Source: Phycisphaerae bacterium (GTDB lineage Bacteria > Planctomycetota > Phycisphaerae > Phycisphaerales > SM1A02). Taken from it: DNA of 64,000 bases. Position numbers and translations under genes: made by a program. The stretch is taken from contig JAWXCC010000002.1 of the NCBI GenBank assembly GCA_034440475.1, forward strand, positions 16,787 to 80,786. The letters are read 5' to 3'. The notes beneath the pieces are model-generated. The model was not told the origin of the DNA, did not search any database, and saw nothing but the letters and a program-made list of their open reading frames with translations. Position 1 is the first letter of the stretch; each line of letters opens with the position of its first letter. Below, one piece after another: positions 35,389 through 44,997 of this stretch.

Positions 35389-37425
35389 TCACTGTCCGCA
35401 CTGGCAGGCGGCGACGCACTGGTTAGCCGCCTCACCTACGCAGATGCTGTCCCAAGTGTTGACGCAGCAGAACGGATCGAGGTTGCAGACGCAGGCGGCA
35501 CAGCCGGGCTGATCGCAGCTGCCGCCACCGTGGGAGAAGCAGCAGTTACTCGCAGCGCACGGCCCCCAGCCGCCGAGCAAGACTGCGAGATCGGCTGCGT
35601 CGACACGGCCGTCGTGGTTGAGGTCGGACGGACTGCCTCCGCCAGCGTTCCATGCTCCGAGCAGGATGGCGAGGTCGCTCGCGTCAACGCCGCCGCTGTT
35701 GTTGATGTCACCGACGCAGGGAACTTCGATCAACGCTGGGCGACCCTCCAGAGTATCGAGATCGTTCCACTGGCCGCTCGCTCCCATTTCAACGAAGTCT
35801 TGGTTGCCTTGATTGTTCGGCTCACCTGGGAACCATGGGAACGCGAAACCAATCGCTTCGTGGGTCACAGTTTGGAACTGCCCCTCGATGAGCTGATCAG
35901 TGAGACCGATGAACGCCGAATTGACATCTCGGAATGGATCGAGCAAATTAAGCTTGAGCCACGTATTCTCCGCTGCGGTGTTAGGCACCGCGAGATATCC
36001 ACCGAGGTTCTCGGCTGCCTTCTGAGCCTCCGTCCACGACGCCGACTGCGTCACCCAGTAGCGGTGCTTTGAGGCGGGATTGACAAACGGTCCATGCAGT
36101 GCGAGCGGCTTGCACCACGCGTTGGCTTCGCCGACGCACGTACTGTCCCAAGAGGTGTTGCAGCAGAACGAATCCACCGCGCACACGAGGTTGCAGCACG
36201 ACTCAATGTCGCAACCCGGGCCGTGAGTGGAGAAACACGAACCGCCCGCAGTACCGCACAGACGAACGCTGACTTCGGTCACCGCACGAAGCGAAGTGAA
36301 CGCAAACAAGTCGTTCCATCGCCCGCCGCTCGCCTCGAGCTTGACAAAGTCCTCGTTCCCAAAGTTGTTAGGCTGGCCGGGTAGCCAATTGGTGTAACTC
36401 ACTGGTGCGCCGCTTGACCAGACGAAGTTGCCTTCGGACGTCGCGTCGTTCAATCCGATCCAGAGATCGCTGTTGCCGACGGTTGGGACGGCATTGCCAA
36501 GGTTGAATCGAATCCACTCGTTCTCCGAACCGGAGTTGACGGTCAGAGGATCCGAGCCTTGCGAGACCGCCTCTGCGCGAGCGAATTGCCATGCGGAGGG
36601 GGAGAGCAGCGTATGGACGTGACCGGTGTGCGGATTGATGATCGGGCCCGCTTCGACCTGCGGATTGCACCAGAAGGCGGCCTCGTCGACGCAGATGCCG
36701 TCCCAAGAAATGTTGCAGCAGAAAGCGTCGACAGCGCAGACGAAGTTGCAGCAATCTGTGTCATTGCAAAACGGATTCGAGTGCGTGCTGGTGCAACTTC
36801 CCGCGTCGGGATCGCCGCAGAAGAAGACCTCGACTTCAGCGATGGCTTTGCGCGTCGCGGTTGGCGGAAGATCGTTCCACTTGCCTCCCGCGTCGAGGAC
36901 GTGCACGACGTCTTCCAGACCGCCAGCGTTGTCGGGTTGTGTCGGGGCCCAGTTCACGTAGTTGACCGTTTCGCCGTTCGACCAAACGAAGTTCCCTTCG
37001 TTCGTGATGTCATTGAGTCCGATCCAGTAATTGCCAGCTGGCTGGAGATTCGCCAAGACCCAAGCGTTCTCTGCTGCGTTCGAGAGCGTGACGAGGTGGC
37101 CGCCGAGCGTTCCAGCCTTGTCGCTCGCCTTCTTCCACGTTGAATTGTCGAGCGCGTAGTACTTGTTCCCATTGGTCGGGTTGACGACTGGACCGCTCGT
37201 CACGTTCGATACGCAGAAGTCATTTGCCTCACTGACGCACTGATTGTCCCAACTGTTGTTGCAGCAGAATGGGTCGAAGGCGCAGACTGCGTTACATCAG
37301 TCCGTGTCGTTACACCCCGGTCCGTGGGTGACGAAGCAATCGCCACCCGCTCCACATTGACCAAACGTGACCGTCGCTGGCGCGAGCAAACAGCTTGCTG
37401 CCAGGACCACTTGTTTCCAATTCAT
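35389..37425 (-). pseudogene. Secreted triple C-type-lectin protein with Cys-rich modules and a dockerin-like segment; in-frame TGA at codon 43
   Basis: The track ORF 35389..37203 starts at a GTG. My own translation from the ATG at 37425 gives MNWKQVVLAASCLLAPATVTFGQCGAGGDCFVTHGPGCNDTD, then TGA (37297-37299), then CNAVCAFDPFCCNNSWDNQCVSEANDFC..., all in the same frame. Three CTLD signatures are present: WIGLND...QPDN...WNDL, QPNN...WNDL and EPNN...WNDL. Confidence 0.75.
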
Positions 37426-37618
37426 GGGTATCTCTCCTCAGATCGACATCCGCACCACCACACGAAAATGGTCACCGGGGTGGTGGCCTTAGCGGCGGTA
37501 CCTGTCGCCCTCCAGTAGATCACCAACGTCTGCTCGATTGCCTGCCAAGCGAAGAACAACCACCGCGCCGAGGTCTCAGCCCTTGCGAACAAGACCACAC
37601 CCGGCACCCCCCAATCTC

Positions 37619-38014
37619 TCAATACGCGGCCGCGCCAGCCTCAGCCACGGCATGATCCTGGTCGCCCGATCCGCCGCTCACGCCGACCGCGCCAACCACC
37701 TTGCCGCCGCGCTTCAGAGGCACACCGCCAGCAAAGATCATGATGCGCCCGTCGTTTGACGCGTGAATGCCAAAAAACTGGCCGCCAGACTGGCTGTGCA
37801 GTGCGAGGTCTCTCGTCTCGATATCGAACGCCCGGGCCGTAAACGCCTTCTTCATCGAAATGTCGATCGAGCCGATCCACGCGCCATCCATGCGGATGTG
37901 CGCCACGATGTTTCCACCGGCGTCTGCGACCGCGATGTTCATGGGCTGACCGATCTCCGCTGCCTTCTTCTCAGCAGCGGCAATGACACGGCGGGCATCG
38001 GCAAGGGTAACCAT
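37619..38014 (-). CDS. GlcG/HbpS-like (DUF336) heme-binding family protein
   Basis: MVTLADARRVIAAAEKKAAEIGQPMNIAVADAGGNIVAHIRMDGA...AGGVPLKRGGKVVGAVGVSGGSGDQD. Confidence 0.8.
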   Translation of the reverse strand: MVTLADARRVIAAAEKKAAEIGQPMNIAVADAGGNIVAHIRMDGAWIGSIDISMKKAFTARAFDIETRDLALHSQSGGQFFGIHASNDGRIMIFAGGVPLKRGGKVVGAVGVSGGSGDQDHAVAEAGAAAY

Positions 38015-38403
38015 TGGGGACGATTCCTCGTTGTTGGGCGTTGCGGAGAATTCAATCGTGACGGCGACCGCCGCGTGGCGGATTGTGACTTGTCGCGAGC
38101 ATTGTGCAACGCGATGCGGAACATCCAACGCGACGCGGTGCGAGTCACTCGACTAACAAGCGACCTTCACTCGTCAATTTTCGTGGCGAGCGGCGGACGT
38201 CATTTTCGTTTCAATGGAATTTCCCCGTGGAATACTCTGCAAGCGTCGCTACACTGCGGCCCTCGACCGCGCCGCGCGGTCGGCACGCACAGATCACACG
38301 TAGCCCGCTTCGACGGAGATTCGGCGCAAGTCAGGCTCTCCCGAAGCGTGTTCCGAGCGGAACCGGACGTGAGTACGAGGCCCGACGTGAGTATGAGGAT
38401 TGA

Positions 38404-39429
38404 ATGACCCAAGCCGCTGTCCGCAAGGACGCAATTCCCGACGTTGCGATTCTGCCGACTCCGGTCTTGGCGAACTCTACCACTCGTCGCAAGAAAGCGC
38501 ACATCGCGCTCCCACTCCCCGACGCGGTGGTCCCAGGTGACATTGTTTGGACGTACGTCATCGCGATCAGTGCGGTGCATCTCATCGCGTTGACGGCAGT
38601 GTTGCCGTGGCTCTTTAGCTGGTCCGGTCTCATCTCGATGCTCGCCGGCGTTCACGTGTTCGGTTGGGGGATCAATCTCTGCTACCACCGGCTGCTCGCG
38701 CACAAGAGTGCGAAGGTGCCGAAGTGGCTGGAGCACACGTTTGTCGTGTTCGCGCTCTGCTGTATGCAAGACACACCGGGAAAGTGGGTCGCGACGCATC
38801 GCTACCACCACAAGCACTCGGACGAGACAGCAGATCCGCATACGCCGCTCGTCGCGTTCCTCTGGGCGCACGTCGGGTGGCTGCTCGTCCGCAACCGGGC
38901 GACCCAGAACGTCGGAACCTACCGGCGCTTTGCTCGCGACGTGCTTGAAGATCCGTTCTATCTCGCACTTGAACTTTCGTCGGCGTGGATCTGGATTTAT
39001 CTCGGCCATGCGGCGCTCTTCTTTGCTGCTGGCTTCGGTGTCGGTTGGTTATTCGACGGCTCCGTCGCCGCTGGCGTGCAGTTCGGTTTGAGTCTTCTCG
39101 TCTGGGGAGTGTTTGTGCGCACCGTCGCGGTGTGGCACATCACTTGGTCCGTCAACTCGCTGACCCACCTCTTCGGCTACTCGAACTACGACAACGGCGA
39201 CCACAGCAAAAACAACTGGCTCGTTGGGATCGTCGCGGCGGGTGAGGGCTGGCACAACAACCATCATCACGACCCTGCGAGCGCATCGAATCAGCATCGC
39301 TGGTGGGAGATCGACGTGATCTACTACGAGATTCTGCTCTTGCAACTCCTCGGACTGGCGCGCGACGTTGTCCCGCCGAAGTTCCGACGCGACGCTGCAC
39401 GGGCAGAGCGGTCGCGAACGCGGCGCTAG
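38404..39429 (+). CDS. Acyl-CoA (delta-9 type) fatty acid desaturase
   Basis: Histidine boxes HRLLAH, HRYHHKHSD and GEGWHNNHHH, plus TM segments. Confidence 0.9.
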   Translation: MTQAAVRKDAIPDVAILPTPVLANSTTRRKKAHIALPLPDAVVPGDIVWTYVIAISAVHLIALTAVLPWLFSWSGLISMLAGVHVFGWGINLCYHRLLAHKSAKVPKWLEHTFVVFALCCMQDTPGKWVATHRYHHKHSDETADPHTPLVAFLWAHVGWLLVRNRATQNVGTYRRFARDVLEDPFYLALELSSAWIWIYLGHAALFFAAGFGVGWLFDGSVAAGVQFGLSLLVWGVFVRTVAVWHITWSVNSLTHLFGYSNYDNGDHSKNNWLVGIVAAGEGWHNNHHHDPASASNQHRWWEIDVIYYEILLLQLLGLARDVVPPKFRRDAARAERSRTRR

Positions 39430-39433
39430 CTGA

Positions 39434-40204
39434 GTGAACCTGCCGTCGGTGATTGAGGAGATTGCCCAGACTCCGCGCGGGCTGGTGCTGGTCACGGGTA
39501 CGACGGGCAGCGGAAAGACCACAACGCTTGCCGCGATCATCCACTCCATCAACCAGAAGCGCGGACACCGCATCATCACGATCGAAGATCCGATCGAGTT
39601 CGTGCACACCTCGAAGCGATCGTTGATTGCGCAGCGCGAACTGGGGAGCGACACACCGTCATTCCTCGCAGCGCTGCGAGTCGCTCTTCGTCAGGATCCG
39701 GATGTGATCCTCTTGGGCGAGCTGCGCGATAGCGAAACGACGCGCACGGCGCTACAAGCCGCAGACACCGGTCACGTCGTCTTTTCGACGATGCACACCA
39801 CGAACGCGTCGCAGACGCTTCAGCGCATCATCGCGCTCTTTCCATCCGATGAGCGTGAGCTCCTCCTCATGCAACTCGCCGGAAATCTTGAGGCGGTGAT
39901 CAGCCGACGCCTCGCACGGACGTTGAACAAGAGAGATCGCGTTCCGGTGGTCGAGATCATGCGCAGCACGCCGGTGACACGGAAGTTGATCCGAAAGGGA
40001 ACGCCGAAGATGCTTCCGCAGGCGATCGCGAACGGCGATGCAGGCATGCAGCTCTTCGATCAACATCTCGCCAAGCTGTGGAAAGCTGAGTTGATCAGCG
40101 GCACTGAGGCGCTACGGATGGCGACGAATCCGGAAGCTGTCGCCATGATCATGAAGGGATTGTCGGCTGGCGACTTGGCGACCAGCGTGTTTGGTGCGGG
40201 ATGA
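39434..40204 (+). CDS. PilT/PilU-like type IV pilus retraction ATPase, lacking the N-terminal domain
   Basis: It starts at a GTG directly after an in-frame TGA: (M)NLPSVIEEIAQTPRGLVLVTGTTGSGKTTTL (Walker A), IITIEDPIEF, DPDVILLGELRD (Walker B), and TGHVVFSTMHT. About 100 N-terminal residues of a normal PilT are absent. Confidence 0.8.
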   Translation: MNLPSVIEEIAQTPRGLVLVTGTTGSGKTTTLAAIIHSINQKRGHRIITIEDPIEFVHTSKRSLIAQRELGSDTPSFLAALRVALRQDPDVILLGELRDSETTRTALQAADTGHVVFSTMHTTNASQTLQRIIALFPSDERELLLMQLAGNLEAVISRRLARTLNKRDRVPVVEIMRSTPVTRKLIRKGTPKMLPQAIANGDAGMQLFDQHLAKLWKAELISGTEALRMATNPEAVAMIMKGLSAGDLATSVFGAG

Positions 40205-40208
40205 GTCG

Positions 40209-41681
40209 TTAGAGCGATTGCTGGAGCGCCTCGTGCAGTGGATCGAGCATGGTGCCAAATCGTGCCGCGCGTCCGATGGACTTGTCACTGATCGGTCGCG
40301 CGGCTTGCTCGCTGCCGAGGGTAGGCGGCGCGTGCTCGCCGCGCCCAGTCGTGGTGGGACTACGCGGCACGTGGTGTTGCATGCACGCGTCGTTCCACGG
40401 GAGTCCGATGAAGTCGAGAATGCGGCGCGTCTGCGCTTCTTGATCGCGCACGAGGTCTTCGTACTGCACGGTGAGGATTGGCATTCCGCTCACCGCCTTC
40501 CAGTGCTCCATGAGCGCATCGGTGCCGCGAATCGCGAGTCCGATGTGCTTGAGATCGGCGCTCCAGGGGATGGCGCTCGGCTCGATTCGTTCAAAGCAGG
40601 AGATGCCGTTATCCATCGGGTCGCGCTGAAGGTGAATGATGCGCGCGTCGGGCAGCGCCATAGCGACGAGTCCCACCATCGTCCAGTTCTGGAGATGCTT
40701 GTCAGAAATGCGCAGCGCATTCGGGCCGTATCGGTTCGTTTCCGCGAGGTAGCGGTTCGCGATGCGATCGAGATCCACCGCACCGAAGCGACGGGCGATG
40801 CGCGGCCAGGCGGAGTCCGGATCTTTCGAACTCCACTCCGAGGCTTGTCCGCGCAACGCTCTTGTTTCGCCAGCACCACCGGCCTGTGGGTGCGATGCGA
40901 TGATTCGATCGAGCAGCGTCGTGCCCGAGCGCGGCATGGCTGCGATGAAAACGGGACGTGAAGTTCGTACGGTGGCCTTCGCTGATTTGCGGATCGCTTC
41001 GGCGGAGAACACCTCACGCATCAGCGCGACTCCAGCTCGAAACCCAGCCTCGTCAAACTTCACAGGGATGGAGGTGTTTGCCGCCGTGTACGACCGCATC
41101 GCATCGGCATACTCACCCCGCTTCTCTTGCGCCTCGCCGATCGAATGAAGGATGTTGTAGCGCGTCATCGCCGGAAGCGCAGCATTCGAGACGTGCGGCG
41201 TGAGGACGTCGATTGCTCCGCGCGGATCGTCCATGTCGAGCAAGGTTGCAGCGATGCCGCACGCAACGGTCGCGTCGCCGGGGATCCGCCGAAACGCTCC
41301 AAGAGCCTTTTCGAATCGTCCTAGCCGGCGATGAGCCATGCCAGTCAGCAACGTCGCTTCGACGTTCGGCTGATTCTTCAGTATCTGCGCGCACAAGACG
41401 ATGACATCCTCGTCGCGTCCCTCGCGCCAGTTGAGTTGCGCCCGCGCCAGCGTTGCACCAACGTGAAAGGGGCGAATCCGATCTGCGGTGTCGAGCGCGC
41501 CCCGTGCGTCATCGAAGCGCCCCACCTGGGTCAGGACGCGACCGAGTGCGATCCAACCCTCGAGGTACTTCGGTGCCGCCGTCGTCACCGAGCGCGCCGC
41601 CGATTCGGCGAGTCCAAGCTGCCCGTTGTTGAGCGCGGCGATCGCTCGCTGCACCATTTGATCGGCCGGAAGTGAGATCAC
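40209..41681 (-). CDS. TPR-repeat sulfotransferase-family protein
   Basis: N-terminal TPR-like repeats, then PVFIAAMPRSGTTLLDRIIASHP (PAPS 5'-phosphosulfate-binding motif). Confidence 0.8.
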   Translation of the reverse strand: MISLPADQMVQRAIAALNNGQLGLAESAARSVTTAAPKYLEGWIALGRVLTQVGRFDDARGALDTADRIRPFHVGATLARAQLNWREGRDEDVIVLCAQILKNQPNVEATLLTGMAHRRLGRFEKALGAFRRIPGDATVACGIAATLLDMDDPRGAIDVLTPHVSNAALPAMTRYNILHSIGEAQEKRGEYADAMRSYTAANTSIPVKFDEAGFRAGVALMREVFSAEAIRKSAKATVRTSRPVFIAAMPRSGTTLLDRIIASHPQAGGAGETRALRGQASEWSSKDPDSAWPRIARRFGAVDLDRIANRYLAETNRYGPNALRISDKHLQNWTMVGLVAMALPDARIIHLQRDPMDNGISCFERIEPSAIPWSADLKHIGLAIRGTDALMEHWKAVSGMPILTVQYEDLVRDQEAQTRRILDFIGLPWNDACMQHHVPRSPTTTGRGEHAPPTLGSEQAARPISDKSIGRAARFGTMLDPLHEALQQSL

Positions 41682-41738
41682 GCAAAGTTCTCCGGGCGCA
41701 AGAAGGCAATTTCGATCGCGCCGAAAATGTAAGAGGGG

Positions 41739-43124
41739 TTAGACCGACCACGCGCCGAGGAGAATCGCAAGATCGCCGCCAGTGACGACGCCGTCGCAGT
41801 CAATGTCGGCGATGCCGCTGAGTCCCCAGAGTCCAAGGAGTATCGCGAGGTCTTTGCCGTTGACGAGCCCATCACCAGAAAGATCGGCGAGCCCCGGCGC
41901 AGATGGCAAAGCGGTGCAGACAATGGCTTCGACGACGGCACCACCCACGAGCGTGACATCGACGTGTGCACACACGCGGCACTGCCGAGGCAGGTCGAGG
42001 CCGGGACCAACAGTGGTGTTGGCGGTGAAGTCGGAGATGGTTCCGTCGGCGTTTCCGTCGCCATCAAGGTCGACGTCGTCGCCTACTCGCATCAGAATGT
42101 TGAGATCGTTCGCCTTCGGTCCCGGCGTGATCACGAAAAGAAGTTCTCCGGCGCTCGAGTTCCAGATGGCACCGACTTGGCCGAGATCGTTCAGTCCGAC
42201 GGCGAGCGGGTTGCCGGTCAAGGTAATTCCGAGCCCGAGCACAAAACTTTCGCGGGCGACGGCAGTGCTGTTGAGCACGAGGAAACCGTCTTCGGAAGTC
42301 CCGGCATCGGTGTCGCCGGAGAGCGCCCAGTCGCCGGCGTTGTTGACTTTCATGTCGCCGAAGTTCTGCCAGTTGCCGCCGAACCCGGTCGGGAAGCTCT
42401 CGCGCGCGAGGATCGACCCTGAAAGGATGACAACGTCGTTGCTAGTTGAGGGGGCGGAGATCGTGACCTTCACGATGTACTCCGATCCGTCGGTCGAGAA
42501 GTCGTACGGGAAGCCGACACTCGGACCACTCGTGATGAGCTGGCCGTCGATCGTCTCGCCGCTCGCAAGCACTTTGACGCCGCCTTGGTACAGAGCACGC
42601 GCGAACGCGCCGCCACCCTGGACCGGGGAAGTGCCTGAAACCCACGTCGGCGTTCCGTTGGCATCCATCTGCGGTCTGGAACAGAATGTTAGATATTGGC
42701 CGGGCAACCCGGGAGCCGGGTCCGTCTCCTTAAAGAGCGACGCGCCGTTGACCCAGACCGCGTCGAGTGAATCTTGCGACGGGCTGTAGACCCAGTCGCC
42801 GTTGTCACTGATACCCATCGTCGTCTCGCCACCCACGAGGACGACGGGAAGGGCATCACTGTTGAGCCAGACGATGCCGCCATCGAACCAAACGAAGTGG
42901 TTGTTGCCGGTGCCCGGATCGATCGCACCCACAAAAGCGACGCGGCCATCCCGGGTGAGGAAGGGGTTGTTGAGGACACTGATCGGAGCACCACCCGAGC
43001 CGAGCGTCGGCTGTCCAGTGACAGCGAGTCCCGTGATGGGTTGGTTCACGGGGCTACCGGCGCCAGCGAAAGCAGAGGGGATGTGTGCGAGCGAGGCGAC
43101 TATCAGAGCGCGAGCGAGTGTCAT
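41739..43124 (-). CDS. Secreted protein with a double dockerin-like tail
   Basis: Signal peptide MTLARALIVASLAHIPSAFA. The tail is ADLSGDGLVNGKDLAILLGLWGLSGIADIDCDGVVTGGDLAILLGAWSV. Confidence 0.7.
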   Translation of the reverse strand: MTLARALIVASLAHIPSAFAGAGSPVNQPITGLAVTGQPTLGSGGAPISVLNNPFLTRDGRVAFVGAIDPGTGNNHFVWFDGGIVWLNSDALPVVLVGGETTMGISDNGDWVYSPSQDSLDAVWVNGASLFKETDPAPGLPGQYLTFCSRPQMDANGTPTWVSGTSPVQGGGAFARALYQGGVKVLASGETIDGQLITSGPSVGFPYDFSTDGSEYIVKVTISAPSTSNDVVILSGSILARESFPTGFGGNWQNFGDMKVNNAGDWALSGDTDAGTSEDGFLVLNSTAVARESFVLGLGITLTGNPLAVGLNDLGQVGAIWNSSAGELLFVITPGPKANDLNILMRVGDDVDLDGDGNADGTISDFTANTTVGPGLDLPRQCRVCAHVDVTLVGGAVVEAIVCTALPSAPGLADLSGDGLVNGKDLAILLGLWGLSGIADIDCDGVVTGGDLAILLGAWSV

Positions 43125-43337
43125 CGAGGTCTTCTCCTAGCGGTCCCAGCGTGACGAAGTCGTTGACCGGAATGGCCAGCGTACCGCGGTGGGCTGCGAG
43201 AACGGGCGAGTCGCGAGCATGCAGAGGAGCGCACTCAGAGCGCCTCAGGATGAGAACGACCGGATCAGACCGACCGGCGTCGCACGAAGCGAGAGCTGAA
43301 CGTCAAGCGCTCTGTGAGGGCGGCCGAAGTGCGGGGC

Positions 43338-44135
43338 ATGACTGCGCAGCAGACTTCGATCTACCGTACATCCGCTATCCGATTCGCCTTCCAATCGCTG
43401 GCGCTCGCTGTCGCCGCCATCCCGTTCTCGGGCTGCGCGACCTCGAACGTGTCTGAAACGCCATCGGTCGCGCGCTCGGATTCGATGCCGCCTGTCTCGC
43501 CAAAGGAGGCGATGGACCGGCTGCTCGTCGGCAACCAACGATTCGTCAGCAATCAGGACAACGGAACGCAGCGTGACCCGAGTCGCCGCGCCGAACTTGC
43601 GAAGGGGCAGCATCCGTTCGCGATTGTTCTAGCGTGCTCCGATTCGCGCGTTCCGCCCGAACTCGTCTTTGATCAGGAACTCGGAGATATCTTCGTCATC
43701 CGCGTCGCGGGGAACACAGCCGACGACGTCGCGCTCGGATCGATCGAGTACGCGGTCGAGCATCTCGGCGCGAAGCTCGTCGTCGTTCTCGGACACGAGA
43801 GGTGCGGCGCGGTTTCCGCTGCGGTCAAGGGCGGCGAGTTGCCCGGACACCTGCCCAAGGTCGTCGCCGACATCCTGCCGCTCGTGGCAGCATCCAAGGC
43901 GCATCCGGGCGATCCCGTCCACAACTGCGTCTGGCACAACGCGGCGACCGTGGCCGCGCGGATACGCGAGTCGGGCCCGATCCTGAACGAGTTCGTCGAG
44001 CGCGGCGACATCGTAGTCGTGAGCGCTGTGTACGACCTCGACACGGGGATTGTGCGCTTCCTGCCGAAGACGCAGGAGGGCTCAAGAGCCGGGCGCGTCG
44101 CCGACGCCGCCGGTGTCCGTTTCATCGGGCCCTGA
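43338..44135 (+). CDS. Beta-class carbonic anhydrase, probable lipoprotein
   Basis: CSDSRVPPE and VLGHERCGAV. N-terminal ...AVAAIPFSGCATS. Confidence 0.85.
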   Translation: MTAQQTSIYRTSAIRFAFQSLALAVAAIPFSGCATSNVSETPSVARSDSMPPVSPKEAMDRLLVGNQRFVSNQDNGTQRDPSRRAELAKGQHPFAIVLACSDSRVPPELVFDQELGDIFVIRVAGNTADDVALGSIEYAVEHLGAKLVVVLGHERCGAVSAAVKGGELPGHLPKVVADILPLVAASKAHPGDPVHNCVWHNAATVAARIRESGPILNEFVERGDIVVVSAVYDLDTGIVRFLPKTQEGSRAGRVADAAGVRFIGP

Positions 44136-44207
44136 CCGGCAGGTGAAGTCTCGGCAGCGAGTTTCGATCGGGTGCCAAGCGCGATATCGTGCCGCACCTC
44201 GACCGTG

Positions 44208-44987
44208 ATGGGCTTTGCAGATTCAACTTCTGGATCGACCGAGCGACGTGACGCAACACGGGGCGCGTGGTCTCGTGGTGCGAGCGCTCGCCCGTTCTTT
44301 CTCCGTTTCGCCCGACTGTGGACCGTGGCGTCGCTCTTCGTTCTCGCTTCCTGCGCACCGCTTGGTCCGCGTGGCGTCTCCTTCCAACTGGACACGATCG
44401 AAGGCGTCGAAGCGCTCGATCCGTCTCTGGTGCCGCTGCTCAAGTCGGACCCGGTCGTCCTCCTGGCCATGTTTCATCTCGCGAGCGCGGCGGACGTGGG
44501 GGGAGAGGTCGAGCTCCCCGAGTACCTCCGCGACATGGAGCCGGAGGTGACGATTGCCCGCGAGCAACTTCGGACGATGCCACCTGACGTTCACGCTCGA
44601 TTCGTCGAGCAGATCCGGCTGGCTCGCGAACTGGAACCAGAGTGGAACGACGTCCACTACAACTGGGGCTACACGTTTGGCGTGATGGGTCTCTCGCCGG
44701 AGCGGACGTTCGACATCTTGGACGGATGGGAGCAGTTCGAACACAACACTCCGATTGGCAAGGGACTCGGTCTCTCGATGAGCGAAGGTGCGTTCGGCTA
44801 CCTGTGGGATCTCGAACACGGGATGGCGGGATACGCGGCGGGAGCTGCGGAGTCGGAAGAGGAAGCGCCGACCGTGCGTGCCGGTGCTGTGAGCGAGGCG
44901 TCACCGACGCGATCGCGCGTCGAGGAACCCGTGCAGGATACGACGCGCTCGTCGACTGAACGGCCTGCTGCGCCGCCGGTTAGCTAA
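44208..44987 (+). CDS. Hypothetical protein (possible lipoprotein)
   Basis: RLWTVASLFVLASCAP is lipobox-like. The start is uncertain: GTG at 44172 or ATG at 44208. Confidence 0.45.
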   Translation: MGFADSTSGSTERRDATRGAWSRGASARPFFLRFARLWTVASLFVLASCAPLGPRGVSFQLDTIEGVEALDPSLVPLLKSDPVVLLAMFHLASAADVGGEVELPEYLRDMEPEVTIAREQLRTMPPDVHARFVEQIRLARELEPEWNDVHYNWGYTFGVMGLSPERTFDILDGWEQFEHNTPIGKGLGLSMSEGAFGYLWDLEHGMAGYAAGAAESEEEAPTVRAGAVSEASPTRSRVEEPVQDTTRSSTERPAAPPVS

Positions 44988-44997
44988 CACTCGCCCG

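Noticed and set aside
37297-37299. Selenocysteine at the in-frame TGA that replaces a conserved Cys
   Set aside because: I could not fold a convincing SECIS-like hairpin from the sequence directly 3' of the TGA (TGTAACGCAGTCTGCGCCTTCGACC...). GCAG-T-CTGC leaves an impossible 1-nt loop. The three paralogous modules use ordinary Cys codons, and no sel genes are in the window. It is kept only as an alternative to test.
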